From the NCBI GenBank assembly GCA_017645945.1, contig JAGCNL010000076.1:59673-123672 (forward strand): a stretch of 64,000 nucleotides of DNA. The letters run 5' to 3'. The stretch comes from Salinivirgaceae bacterium (GTDB taxonomy: Bacteria; Bacteroidota; Bacteroidia; Bacteroidales; SZUA-534). A program made the position numbers and the translations under genes. Within the stretch, counting starts at the first letter, position 1. Every line of letters begins with the position of its first letter. The notes beneath the pieces were generated by a model. It was not told where the DNA came from, did not search any database, and saw only the letters and a list, made by a program, of their open reading frames with translations. Positions 31,010 to 40,372 of the stretch are shown here, one piece after another.

Positions 31010-32893
31010 CTAATCACGCGACTGTTCTGTGCCGGCAGTATGCTGATACATATACTCCGTTGGAGTCATGCCGTACATGTCTTTGAAGGCTGTTGAGAAA
31101 TATGCTGTATTGGCAAAACCCACCACGTCAGAAATCTCCGAAACGCTGTGCCGCTTTTCGCGCAACAGTACAGCTGCCTGCTGCAGTCTGACATTTCTTA
31201 TAAATATATGTGTAGACTGGTTTGTCAGCTCTTTCATCTTGCGGTGCAAATGCGAGCGGCTGATGCCGACCGTTGTCGCCAACATGTCCACATTCAAGTC
31301 GGGATTGCTCATATTGGCATTTATCACCTTCATTATACGCTGCATCAGACGGTCGTCTGGCGAGACGACATCGCGTTTTTCGACCATAGCCTCCTGAGTC
31401 TGGCTGCCTTGAAAATTGTTTTTTAAGACGATTCTGCCCTGAAGTTTGTTCAGTAAGGTGTGGCGCAGCAGCTCTATACTGAATGGCTTTGTAATGTAAG
31501 CATCGGCACCCACATCTAGTCCTTCGATGATACTGCGTTCATCAGTGAGTGAAGTCAGCAAAACAACAGGGAGGGAATTCACTGTTATGTTCTGTCGGAT
31601 TTTCTTGCACAGGGTGACTCCGTCCATAACCGGCATCACCACATCACTGACCACAATATCAGGCGTTTTTCTCAATATCAACTCGAGAGCCTCTGCTCCG
31701 TTTGTACATACCTGGACGTGGAAATCTGCCGACAGCTCGTTTTTCAGATATTGCCTTATCTCCGCATCATCCTCAACCACAAGCACTTGATATTTGGTCT
31801 TAGAGTAATTTTTAGAAGTTTGTGCACCATCAGATGCGATTTGCGGCAACATCGGGACAGACTCGACATTATTCTGTGTCGGAACGGCCGCCACCTCATC
31901 GGTAGACAAATGTCCGTTGCCCAATGGGATTCTGATTGTAAAGCAGCTACCTGGTTTGCCAACATTATTCTTCGCGGTGATTGTGCCATGATGCAGCTCG
32001 ACAAGTGATTTGGCCAAATGCAGCCCCACCCCGGTTCCTGAAACTGCCTTTCCGCTTGACGGCGACTGGTAGAATCGTTCATAGATGCGGCTCAAATCAT
32101 CAGCACTTATACCAGGACCGCTATCCTCAACCTCAATAACAACATAACCATCCGACACTTCTGCCGATTCTTTCCTGACAGAAACAGTGATTGCACCATT
32201 TTGCGGTGTGAACTTAAATGCGTTCGAAAGAATATTGACAATTATCTTGTCGAAATGAGCCGTGTCAACCCAAGCCATTATCGGGTTTTTATCAATTGCC
32301 AAGTTCAAGCTGACATTCTGCAATGAAGACTGAAGACTGAAACTGTCGCAAACGTTCTTAACTATTTTAACCACGTCAGAATACTCAAAATGCAGTTTCA
32401 TTTGTCCCTTGTCAATTTTACGGATGTCCATAAGTTGATTGATAAGCCCAAGAATCCGCTCAGCATTTCTGTATATTATATTATATGTATGCTGCCTTTC
32501 AGTATTGTCATCGGTGCTGATCAGTTTTTGCATCGGGCCTATAATCAACGATATAGGTGTACGAATCTCATGCGACATGTTAATAAAGAACTGCAACTTG
32601 GCTTCACTGACTTCAGCAGCTTTCTGTTGCTGCATTATCTTAATTTTCAACTTCTTATTTCTAATAAACAGCAACACAATTAAAACGGCAAAAACCAGCA
32701 AAAGAGCATAACAGATATATGCGAACTCCCTTTGCAACGCACCTATATATATATATCCATCAGCAGTGTGTAGCAGATGATTTACCATGTTCGATGGCAA
32801 ATGTTGCTCTGACGTATACGAAAGGCAATTGTTTGCCACCGACAAACAAGGGAGCAAAAGCAACAAAACCGACAATAATCTACCAAATCTCAT
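31010..32893 (-). CDS. Hybrid two-component regulator (HisKA-HATPase-REC-AraC) with most of the periplasmic sensor deleted
   Basis: FFINMSHEIRTP (H-box), NILSNAFKFT, DSGPGI, GTGVGL, VLVVEDD...DVVMPVMDG (receiver), AraC HTH GISRSHLHRK...VGFANTAYFSTAFK. Only ~35 aa lie between the signal peptide and the TM helix. Confidence 0.9.
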   Translation of the reverse strand: MRFGRLLSVLLLLLPCLSVANNCLSYTSEQHLPSNMVNHLLHTADGYIYIGALQREFAYICYALLLVFAVLIVLLFIRNKKLKIKIMQQQKAAEVSEAKLQFFINMSHEIRTPISLIIGPMQKLISTDDNTERQHTYNIIYRNAERILGLINQLMDIRKIDKGQMKLHFEYSDVVKIVKNVCDSFSLQSSLQNVSLNLAIDKNPIMAWVDTAHFDKIIVNILSNAFKFTPQNGAITVSVRKESAEVSDGYVVIEVEDSGPGISADDLSRIYERFYQSPSSGKAVSGTGVGLHLAKSLVELHHGTITAKNNVGKPGSCFTIRIPLGNGHLSTDEVAAVPTQNNVESVPMLPQIASDGAQTSKNYSKTKYQVLVVEDDAEIRQYLKNELSADFHVQVCTNGAEALELILRKTPDIVVSDVVMPVMDGVTLCKKIRQNITVNSLPVVLLTSLTDERSIIEGLDVGADAYITKPFSIELLRHTLLNKLQGRIVLKNNFQGSQTQEAMVEKRDVVSPDDRLMQRIMKVINANMSNPDLNVDMLATTVGISRSHLHRKMKELTNQSTHIFIRNVRLQQAAVLLREKRHSVSEISDVVGFANTAYFSTAFKDMYGMTPTEYMYQHTAGTEQSRD

Positions 32894-33053
32894 AGTACGT
32901 ATTCAAAAACCATCATTTCATGCCGCATCAGCCAATCCAAACCTTGTTTTCAAGGTCATTGGAACGTATTCCAATTCAACAGAGGCATTAAAATCATCAT
33001 TCACCATTAAAATAAATTATTTTTATAAAATTCAATTGATTAAGTAAAATGCG

Positions 33054-33122
33054 AGATACAAAATCAAAGAATTCTGAGACAAATATACAAAATAATGAGA
33101 CATGACAAAACAAATTTGAGAC
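33054..33122 (+). promoter_or_regulatory. Putative regulator (HTCS/AraC) operator: TGAGAC direct repeats with 21-bp period
   Basis: TGAGAC at 33075, 33096 and 33117, with a degenerate AGATAC at 33054. Located in the divergent HTCS/susC intergenic region. Confidence 0.65.
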
Positions 33123-33274
33123 TTGTTTATTATGGCACTCCAAAAGCATTGCGGAAATTCGTGTATGCAATTAAAAACGCGCAAACGAGATCATTTTTTT
33201 CAAGATAAACTGGCAAGTTCTATGGATTTGCCAGCAGGTGACTAATCTATTTAATAATTAACAAAAACTTTTGT

Positions 33275-36200
33275 ATGATGAAAATGCATCTATTATGGAA
33301 AAACGCAGTGCTTGCACTGTCAATGATGCTGCTATCCGTCGGAGCTTTTGCCCAACAACATGAGGTTAAGGGTAAGGTTGTTGACGAAGAGCAACTCCCC
33401 ATTCCGGGAGCAAACGTAGTTATTAAGGGAACCACAACGGGTACCATTACCGCAGGCAACGGTGAGTTCACAATGAACGCTGCCGACGGCGATGTTCTTC
33501 AGGTTTCCTACATGGGCTACACAACTGAAGAAATTACCGTCAACGGTAATGGACCTTACAACGTTAACCTTGTTCCCGACATGGTCGGCTTGGATGAGGT
33601 TGTGGTTGTAGGTTATGGTACAATGAAAAAGAGCGACCTTACTGGTTCGGTTGCTTCTGTAAAAAGTGATGATTTGGCAAACCGCGCCACTTCAGATGCT
33701 GCAATGGCACTGCAAGGTAAAGCTGCTGGTGTACAAATCATGACAAGTTCTGGTGCTCCGGGCGCAGGTACTGATATCCGTGTCCGCGGTGTGTCTTCGA
33801 ACTCTGGTAGCCTTGGCCCTCTGTTGATTGTTGATGGTTTGAAGGTTGACAACATCCAATACCTCGATCCTGAAATGATTGAGTCTATTGAGATTTTGAA
33901 AGACGCCGCATCTGCAGCCATCTATGGTGCTCAGGCAGGTAACGGTGTTGTTCTTATTACCACTAAAAAAGGTAAAAGCGGTGCCGCTGATGGAACTATC
34001 TTCTACAACGGACAATGGCAGTTGAACAGCCTCTCACGCGAGTTGAAGGTTATGAACGCCGAGCAATACATCGACTTTGGTACAAAGATGAAATTCCTTG
34101 CTGCTAACTGGGAAGAGAAATATGGTTACGAAGGCGATGATGTTAACTGGAGTAAAGAAGTGTTTGAACCGACTTGGACTCAACGCCACACTATAGGTTT
34201 CCAAGGTGGTAACGACCGTGGTTCATACTTTGCTGCTATCAACAACGTTAACTATAATGGTATTTTCAAAGGCGATAACGATGTTTACAAACGTCTGTCG
34301 TTCCAAGTGAATGCCGATTACAAAATCAAAAAATGGTTAACAGTCAGCACAAACAACTCTATTGAGAAATATCGTTCAGAGTCTATCAGCCAGCAAAGCG
34401 ACAACGGTACTGCAATGCTTGGTGCTATCACCACCGACCCATTGTTTGGCCCATATGTTGACCCTGACAAACTTGATTCTCAACTTACCCCGCAACAAAA
34501 AGCTGCTTTGGAAAATGGTTACGGACCAGGTGAGCAAGACGCTGACGGCAACTATCCTTATAGAGCTGTCCTTGGTCATGATGGCAAATACTACAGAATA
34601 TCGCCTATCAGTGGTCAGACACAGTCTTCTAACCCGCTCATTCGCCGCGACCAACAAGAAGATTACCGTGAAGGATTCAATGTTCGCGGTCTTGCTTCTT
34701 TGAACTTCAACCCAATCAAAGGTCTTATTTTCACTTCACGTCTTGGCTATCGTTTGGGATTCAACAACACACATAACTATCAGTTCCCATTTGTAGCCAA
34801 CGATTTCGTTTACAAAAACGAATTCTCTATGAGTGCAACAGCAAACACTTCGTATAACTATCAGTGGGAGAACTTCATTAACTACAACACAACTCTCGCC
34901 GATGCACATGATATAGGTGTGATGGTTGGTATGGAGTGGGACGACAGCCACAGAGACAACATGACAGCTTCAGCTGCTGGCGCCGACATTTTGAAAGGTT
35001 ACGCTGAAAACTTCCGCTACCTGAGCTACCTGAAAGATGGTGATGATGTTCGCAAAACAGTTCGTAACGACGTGAGCGACTCGAGAGCCCTTTCATACTT
35101 CGGTCGTCTGACTTACAGCTACGACAACCGTTATAGCTTGCAAGCCAACTTCCGTGCTGACGCTTTCGACTCTTCGAAACTTGGAAAAGACAACCGTTGG
35201 GGTAAATTCCCATCATTCTCTGCAGGTTGGACAGTCAGCAACGAAAGCTTTGTTGCCGACAATATCAGCACTGACATTCTCTCGTTCTTGAAACTTAGAG
35301 GTTCATGGGGTATCAATGGTAACATCAACGTGTTGCAAAACTACCCGTATGCAGCTGTAATCAACTACAACAGCGACTGGTATCAATTCTCATCTGACTT
35401 CAAACAGACCTACGGTTCAGAGCCAAACGGACTTGCCAACCCGAAACTTGAATGGGAAGAGTCAGAGCAGATTGACCTTGGTTTGGATGCACGCTTCCTC
35501 AACAGCAGACTTTCTTTAACCATCGACTGGTTCAAGAAGACAACAAAAGGTCTGCTCGTAGGTGTTAAACCTGTTATTGAGACTGGTGTGGCAACAACAA
35601 TGTCGAACGCTGGTGAGGTTCTCAACAGAGGTTTGGAAATCGAACTTGGATGGAAAGACAAACTTGGTGATTTCAACTACTCTGTCAACGCCAACATGGC
35701 AACTCTCCACAATGAACTTACCTACCTTGACCCAACTGTTGACAAAATCGCTGGTATAGGTCTTCAGGGTTCAAGTATCACCACTGAGTGCGTTGTTGGC
35801 CAACCTCTGTGGCACTTCCTTGGCTACAAATTCGATCACTTCGACGAAGAGGGTGTTGCTGAATACGTTGACTTCAACGGCAACGGCTCATTTGACCCGA
35901 ACACCGATGATATGACTGACCTTGGTTGCGGTCTGCCGACTCTCAACTATGGTATCACTATCAACATGGATTATAAAGGATTCGACTTCACAATGTTTGG
36001 CACAGGCGTTGCCGGTAACAAAATCCTTCCACAAGGTTGGCGTACTGACCGTCCGTACTGTAACTTCTACAGCTGGTTCTATGAGAATTCATACGATCCT
36101 GAGACTGGAAGCGGTGAATTCCCTGTTATCAGCAAAAAAGGATGGTCAAAATATGCCTTCAGTTCTGATTTGACAATGTTCAGCGGTGCATATTTCAAAA

Positions 36201-36436
36201 TCAAACAAATACAATTGGGTTACACTTTGCCAAAAGATTTGCTGAGCAAAGTTTACATCAGCCGTCTGCGCGTGTTTGCTTCGCTTGAAAACTTCGTCAC
36301 TTTCAGCAAATATCCTGGTATCGACCCCGAAGTTGCAACTGCCAATGTTAATGGCGTATCAAACGCTCTTGGTATTGATATGGGTACTTACCCGACAGCT
36401 AAACAAGTTATCTTTGGTGTTAACCTTACATTCTAA
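33275..36436 (+). CDS. susC: SusC/RagA TonB-dependent transporter (C)
   Basis: LDEVVVVGYGTMKKSDLTGSV, IEILKDAASAAIYGAQAGNGVVLITTKKG, NPKLEWEESEQ; ends in FGVNLTF. Confidence 0.96.
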   Translation: MMKMHLLWKNAVLALSMMLLSVGAFAQQHEVKGKVVDEEQLPIPGANVVIKGTTTGTITAGNGEFTMNAADGDVLQVSYMGYTTEEITVNGNGPYNVNLVPDMVGLDEVVVVGYGTMKKSDLTGSVASVKSDDLANRATSDAAMALQGKAAGVQIMTSSGAPGAGTDIRVRGVSSNSGSLGPLLIVDGLKVDNIQYLDPEMIESIEILKDAASAAIYGAQAGNGVVLITTKKGKSGAADGTIFYNGQWQLNSLSRELKVMNAEQYIDFGTKMKFLAANWEEKYGYEGDDVNWSKEVFEPTWTQRHTIGFQGGNDRGSYFAAINNVNYNGIFKGDNDVYKRLSFQVNADYKIKKWLTVSTNNSIEKYRSESISQQSDNGTAMLGAITTDPLFGPYVDPDKLDSQLTPQQKAALENGYGPGEQDADGNYPYRAVLGHDGKYYRISPISGQTQSSNPLIRRDQQEDYREGFNVRGLASLNFNPIKGLIFTSRLGYRLGFNNTHNYQFPFVANDFVYKNEFSMSATANTSYNYQWENFINYNTTLADAHDIGVMVGMEWDDSHRDNMTASAAGADILKGYAENFRYLSYLKDGDDVRKTVRNDVSDSRALSYFGRLTYSYDNRYSLQANFRADAFDSSKLGKDNRWGKFPSFSAGWTVSNESFVADNISTDILSFLKLRGSWGINGNINVLQNYPYAAVINYNSDWYQFSSDFKQTYGSEPNGLANPKLEWEESEQIDLGLDARFLNSRLSLTIDWFKKTTKGLLVGVKPVIETGVATTMSNAGEVLNRGLEIELGWKDKLGDFNYSVNANMATLHNELTYLDPTVDKIAGIGLQGSSITTECVVGQPLWHFLGYKFDHFDEEGVAEYVDFNGNGSFDPNTDDMTDLGCGLPTLNYGITINMDYKGFDFTMFGTGVAGNKILPQGWRTDRPYCNFYSWFYENSYDPETGSGEFPVISKKGWSKYAFSSDLTMFSGAYFKIKQIQLGYTLPKDLLSKVYISRLRVFASLENFVTFSKYPGIDPEVATANVNGVSNALGIDMGTYPTAKQVIFGVNLTF

Positions 36437-36447
36437 AATTTAAAAAA

Positions 36448-38202
36448 ATGAAAACGAATAAATATTTGTTATTGGTTGCGGCAAGTGCACTTGCAATAAC
36501 TACTGGTTGCGACCAAGATGAATTGGACATTCAGCAAAAAGGTGTTGTAGATTTCGCTGATTTCTATAAGACCGATGCTGATGCCGAAAGTGCTGTAACA
36601 ATTGCTTACGCCACTACACAAAAGAGATTCTCCCACAACGAGACCAACGGCTACAACTATGGTCCTTACTTTGGATTGACCAACTTCCAATCTGATGACA
36701 TTTGGTTTGGTGGTACTGGTACTGATGACGCCGTTGAGCAACGTGAGTTCCACCACTTCATATTTAATGCTGACCATATAGATGTATTAGGTCCATATGA
36801 AGTGCTTTACGCATCAATTCTGAAATGTAACTATGTGATAACCAACTTCACTGAAGAGCGCTTAGGCACACTTAGCGATGTTCAGAAAAAATGCGTTGCT
36901 GAGGCTCGTGCATTGCGCGCCTTCGACTATCTGACTCTTGGTATCTACTGGGGTACTCCTCCGATTGTTGAGACTATTCTGACAGTTGAGGACAAACCTG
37001 CTAACGCTGAATCGCAGGAGTATGTTATGCAGTGGGTTGCCGATCAGGCACAAATGGCTGCTGACGACCTGCCGTGGCGTGATGGTCCTGGTGATTACGA
37101 GGGTGCTGTTAGAATTACCAAAGGTTTTGCTCTTGCAATAAAAGGTAAGGCTCTTCTTTGGAAGGGTGACTATGCAGGTGCAAAGGCTGCTTTGGCTGAG
37201 GTTATCAACTCTGGCAACTACGCTCTTGTTCCTTCTGACAAAATGGTTACCATCGGACACGCTGATGGCAAAGGTTCATCAGAGGCTGTGTTTGAGTTCA
37301 ACTATGATGGCAACGCACTTTCAAGTGATGGTTACGACCGCTATGACCGTGCTGGCTGGAACGACCACAACACCTTCTGCATGTTCCGTGGTGGTTTGAT
37401 GAATGGTCCTAACTGGAAAGACGAACGCGCATACGTAGGTGGTTGGGAATGGCTTAACCCTGCTGGTCCTTTCTGCGAGGCTTTAATTGAAAACGATGGT
37501 ATGGAATCAGCTCGCCGTCAGGCTTGGATTAAAACATACGAAGAAATTCTGTATGATTACCAATGGAGCAGTGATGGTGACAACTTCACTCCGGGTAAAA
37601 CTGCTGAGAAAGCTAAAGATACCAAGCGTGGTATAGCATCAGGTCAGAGAGTTTATGCAAACACTGGCTATTTCCAGTATAAACTTGGTGCACACCCATG
37701 CCAGGGTGACCAATTGGCTGATGGTCAGCCTAACCGTAACGCCAGCATCATGCGCTACGCAGAAGTTCTGCTTATGTATGCTGAGGCTTGCGCACAACTG
37801 GGTGAAACCAGCGGTGATGGTTTGAAGGCCCTCAACGACATTCAAAATCGTGCTCAATCTAAGACTGTTTCAACAGCTTTGTCACTTGACGCAGTTAAGA
37901 AAGAGAAACGCTTTGAGTTGTGGATGGAAGGCGGCCGTTTTGCTGACCTTGTTCGCTGGGGCGATGTTGAGTCTTTGGAGAAAGCTGATGCTTGGTTGCC
38001 TACCCTTGATGACAAGATTAACAATGGCGGAACCGAGCATGAAAAAATGGTCATGGAAGACATTAAAGATATGGAAGCTGACTTCTATGTTAGATTGTAT
38101 GGTGACCAACTTGGTTTCAAGAAAGGCAAACATGAATTGCTTCCTTTCCCACAGCGTGCAATTGACCTTAACTCGAATTTGAAACAAAATCCGGGTTGGT
38201 AA
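36448..38202 (+). CDS. susD: SusD/RagB family lipoprotein (C)
   Basis: Lipobox TTGC; AEARALRA; MRYAEVLLMYAEA; KEKRFELWMEGGRFADLVRWG; LKQNPGW. Confidence 0.95.
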   Translation: MKTNKYLLLVAASALAITTGCDQDELDIQQKGVVDFADFYKTDADAESAVTIAYATTQKRFSHNETNGYNYGPYFGLTNFQSDDIWFGGTGTDDAVEQREFHHFIFNADHIDVLGPYEVLYASILKCNYVITNFTEERLGTLSDVQKKCVAEARALRAFDYLTLGIYWGTPPIVETILTVEDKPANAESQEYVMQWVADQAQMAADDLPWRDGPGDYEGAVRITKGFALAIKGKALLWKGDYAGAKAALAEVINSGNYALVPSDKMVTIGHADGKGSSEAVFEFNYDGNALSSDGYDRYDRAGWNDHNTFCMFRGGLMNGPNWKDERAYVGGWEWLNPAGPFCEALIENDGMESARRQAWIKTYEEILYDYQWSSDGDNFTPGKTAEKAKDTKRGIASGQRVYANTGYFQYKLGAHPCQGDQLADGQPNRNASIMRYAEVLLMYAEACAQLGETSGDGLKALNDIQNRAQSKTVSTALSLDAVKKEKRFELWMEGGRFADLVRWGDVESLEKADAWLPTLDDKINNGGTEHEKMVMEDIKDMEADFYVRLYGDQLGFKKGKHELLPFPQRAIDLNSNLKQNPGW

Positions 38203-38231
38203 TAATGTAGGATTGTAAAATCTTATATATG

Positions 38232-38264
38232 AGAGATGTCCGATTATTCGGGCATCTCTTTTTT
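38232..38264 (+). terminator. Intrinsic terminator after susD (C)
   Basis: AGAGATGTCCGA-TTAT-TCGGGCATCTCT followed by a T-run. Confidence 0.85.
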
Positions 38265-38336
38265 AGTTTAGAAAACAAGTGTTTCAAAAAGAATTTGGAA
38301 TCAACTTGTAAGTCTCTAATGGTCAGAAAGAGTACA

Positions 38337-38369
38337 AAAAAATCGTTGAACAGATTTGCCCAACGATTT
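38337..38369 (-). terminator. Probable terminator after ispG
   Basis: AAAAAATCGTTG...CAACGATTT inverted repeat; U-tract on the minus strand. Confidence 0.6.
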
Positions 38370-38393
38370 AGAAATAAGTAAGTTAGTCAGTAA

Positions 38394-40283
38394 TTACTTG
38401 CCTTCTATCAATTTCAGCAGTTCCTGTGGCGCAATGGATTCATCCACACCGCGTTTCACAAGCGTTTTGCCTTTGTACAGATTCACCTTGCCAGGGCCCG
38501 CTCCCATATATCCGTAATCGGCATCGGCCATTTCGCCTGGGCCGTTCACAATACAGCCCATAACGGCAATTTTCAGTCCGGTCAGGTGCTGTGTCACCTT
38601 TTTCACTTCGGCAAGGCCTTTTTCAATGTCGTATAAAGTGCGGCCACACGATGGGCAAGCAATGTATTCAGTTTTGGTGTAGCGTGCGCGCGCCGATTGC
38701 AGAATGGTGAAGGCCGTTTCGCTTACAATGCTCACTTGCATTGGTGCGAAATTGCTCAACCACAATCCGTTGGCCAAGCCGTCGATAAAGAACAGACCGT
38801 TGTCGGCGGCGGCTGTCAGTTGGAATTTTGCAACATCGGGCTCTTTGTAGATGCAGCTCAGCACAACGGGCAAATTTACACCGTTGGCAATCAGTGTATT
38901 GAAGATGGCACGTTGCTCTGCGGCCTGGTTCACGCACATTGAACACGCAATGAGCACCACCGTTGGGTCGGCTTTAAGCACGGCCATTGCTTCGGGTGTG
39001 AGAGTGTTCAGGCTCACCATCACCCAGTTGCGTCTGTCAGATTTGTATTTTGCTGACAAATATGTATTCAAGCCATAAAGTGGCTCAAAATTGCTATCCT
39101 TAATCCAGACTTTGTAATCGATTAAAAGCGAGATGTTTTTAGTCTTAAAATCGGGCAAATCCATTTCGGGCGCACCAAAATACAGAACGTCAGGCGATTG
39201 GTTGCTGCCGCTTATGGTCATTGTGTTCAAGTCGAAACTGATGCCTAGCGATTTGAGTGTCTCCATCGAGAGGTCGGGCAAGTCGCAGATTACCAGAGGT
39301 TTCTTGTTATCGAACGATGGATTGAGGCTGGTGTCGCGTTTGCTGAATTTGAACGGGTCGAGTGCAAGAGGCTCGTTGTAGTTGATTTTCACGTTCTTGT
39401 TGGGGCCCGCAAAATGTTCGGCAAGCATTTTTGCCGGAGCAATTTCTGCAGCAGGGCTTCCTGTGAGCGATACGCGAATGGTGTCGCCAATGCCGTCGGT
39501 GAGAAGTGTGCCGATGCCCACTGCCGACTTGATGATGCCGTCGGAGCCTGTGCCGGCTTCGGTAACACCCAAATGAATGGGAAAGTTCATCGCCTCGGCG
39601 TTCATTTGCTTCACAAGCAAGCGGTAAGCCTGCACCATAACCACTGTGTTGCTCGATTTGAGCGAAACTGCAACATCTTGAAAATCATATTTCTTGCACA
39701 CGCGCAGAAATTCCATTGTTGCCTCGACCATACCTTCGGGTGTGTCGCCGTAGCGCGACATTATGCGGTCGGAAAGTGAGCCGTGGTTGGTGCCGATGCG
39801 CAGTGCAGTGTGGTGCTCACGGCAAATTTTGATGAGTTCCAGCAGACGGCTGTCAAGCTTGTCGAGTTCGGCGCGGTACTCATCGTCAGTGAATTCGAGT
39901 GTGGCGAAGGTAGCGCGTTTCTCGAGATAGTTTCCGGGGTTAATGCGCACTTTGTCAACAAATTGTGCGGCAATGTCGGCCAGTTTGGCATTGAAATGCA
40001 CGTCGGCCACAATGGGCTTTGTGTAACCTTTGGCCACAAGTCCGTTTTTGATGTCGCGCAGGGCGTAGGCGTCCTTCTCATCCACAGCCGTGAACCGTAC
40101 AAGTTCGGCGCCTGCATCGAAAATCTCTATTGCCTGGCGGATAGACGCTTCCACATCGTGTGTTGGCGTGTTGGCCATTGATTGCACACGAATGGGATTG
40201 GTGCCGCCCATTTGCAGATTTCCTATCGTAATAGAATGAGTATCAAAACGTTTATCGGTAAACGACAAGTTGACAATGTCCAT
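38394..40283 (-). CDS. ispG: (E)-4-hydroxy-3-methylbut-2-enyl-diphosphate synthase, long three-domain form
   Basis: IRVQSM, PIVADVHF, RINPGN, RIGTNHGSLS, HLGVTEAG, IACPSCGRT, MGCIVNGPGEM. The central insertion is typical of Bacteroidota/plastid IspG. Confidence 0.97.
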   Translation of the reverse strand: MDIVNLSFTDKRFDTHSITIGNLQMGGTNPIRVQSMANTPTHDVEASIRQAIEIFDAGAELVRFTAVDEKDAYALRDIKNGLVAKGYTKPIVADVHFNAKLADIAAQFVDKVRINPGNYLEKRATFATLEFTDDEYRAELDKLDSRLLELIKICREHHTALRIGTNHGSLSDRIMSRYGDTPEGMVEATMEFLRVCKKYDFQDVAVSLKSSNTVVMVQAYRLLVKQMNAEAMNFPIHLGVTEAGTGSDGIIKSAVGIGTLLTDGIGDTIRVSLTGSPAAEIAPAKMLAEHFAGPNKNVKINYNEPLALDPFKFSKRDTSLNPSFDNKKPLVICDLPDLSMETLKSLGISFDLNTMTISGSNQSPDVLYFGAPEMDLPDFKTKNISLLIDYKVWIKDSNFEPLYGLNTYLSAKYKSDRRNWVMVSLNTLTPEAMAVLKADPTVVLIACSMCVNQAAEQRAIFNTLIANGVNLPVVLSCIYKEPDVAKFQLTAAADNGLFFIDGLANGLWLSNFAPMQVSIVSETAFTILQSARARYTKTEYIACPSCGRTLYDIEKGLAEVKKVTQHLTGLKIAVMGCIVNGPGEMADADYGYMGAGPGKVNLYKGKTLVKRGVDESIAPQELLKLIEGK

Positions 40284-40343
40284 TTAATTAATTTTTTGGT
40301 GTTAGGTATTAGGTGTTGGGTGTTCGTAGGACGCACTTGTTGT

Positions 40344-40371
40344 GTAGAAACGTTGCGCGCAACGACTCAAC
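40344..40371. repeat. Degenerate GTAG-family REP-like palindrome
   Basis: GTAGAAACGTTGCGCGCAACGACTCAAC: imperfect palindrome with a GTAG foot and perfect core CGTTGCGCGCAACG, directly after the ribE stop. Confidence 0.55.
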
Positions 40372-40372
40372 A

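Noticed and set aside
7704-38202. Invertible susC/susD shufflon or invertible promoter
   Set aside because: No recombinase in the window, all susC genes have their own starts, and no perfect inverted repeats were seen. The shared 5' similarity is imperfect.
38394-40283. Unusually long IspG
   Set aside because: The inserted domain is the known form in Bacteroidota, Chlamydiae and plastids.
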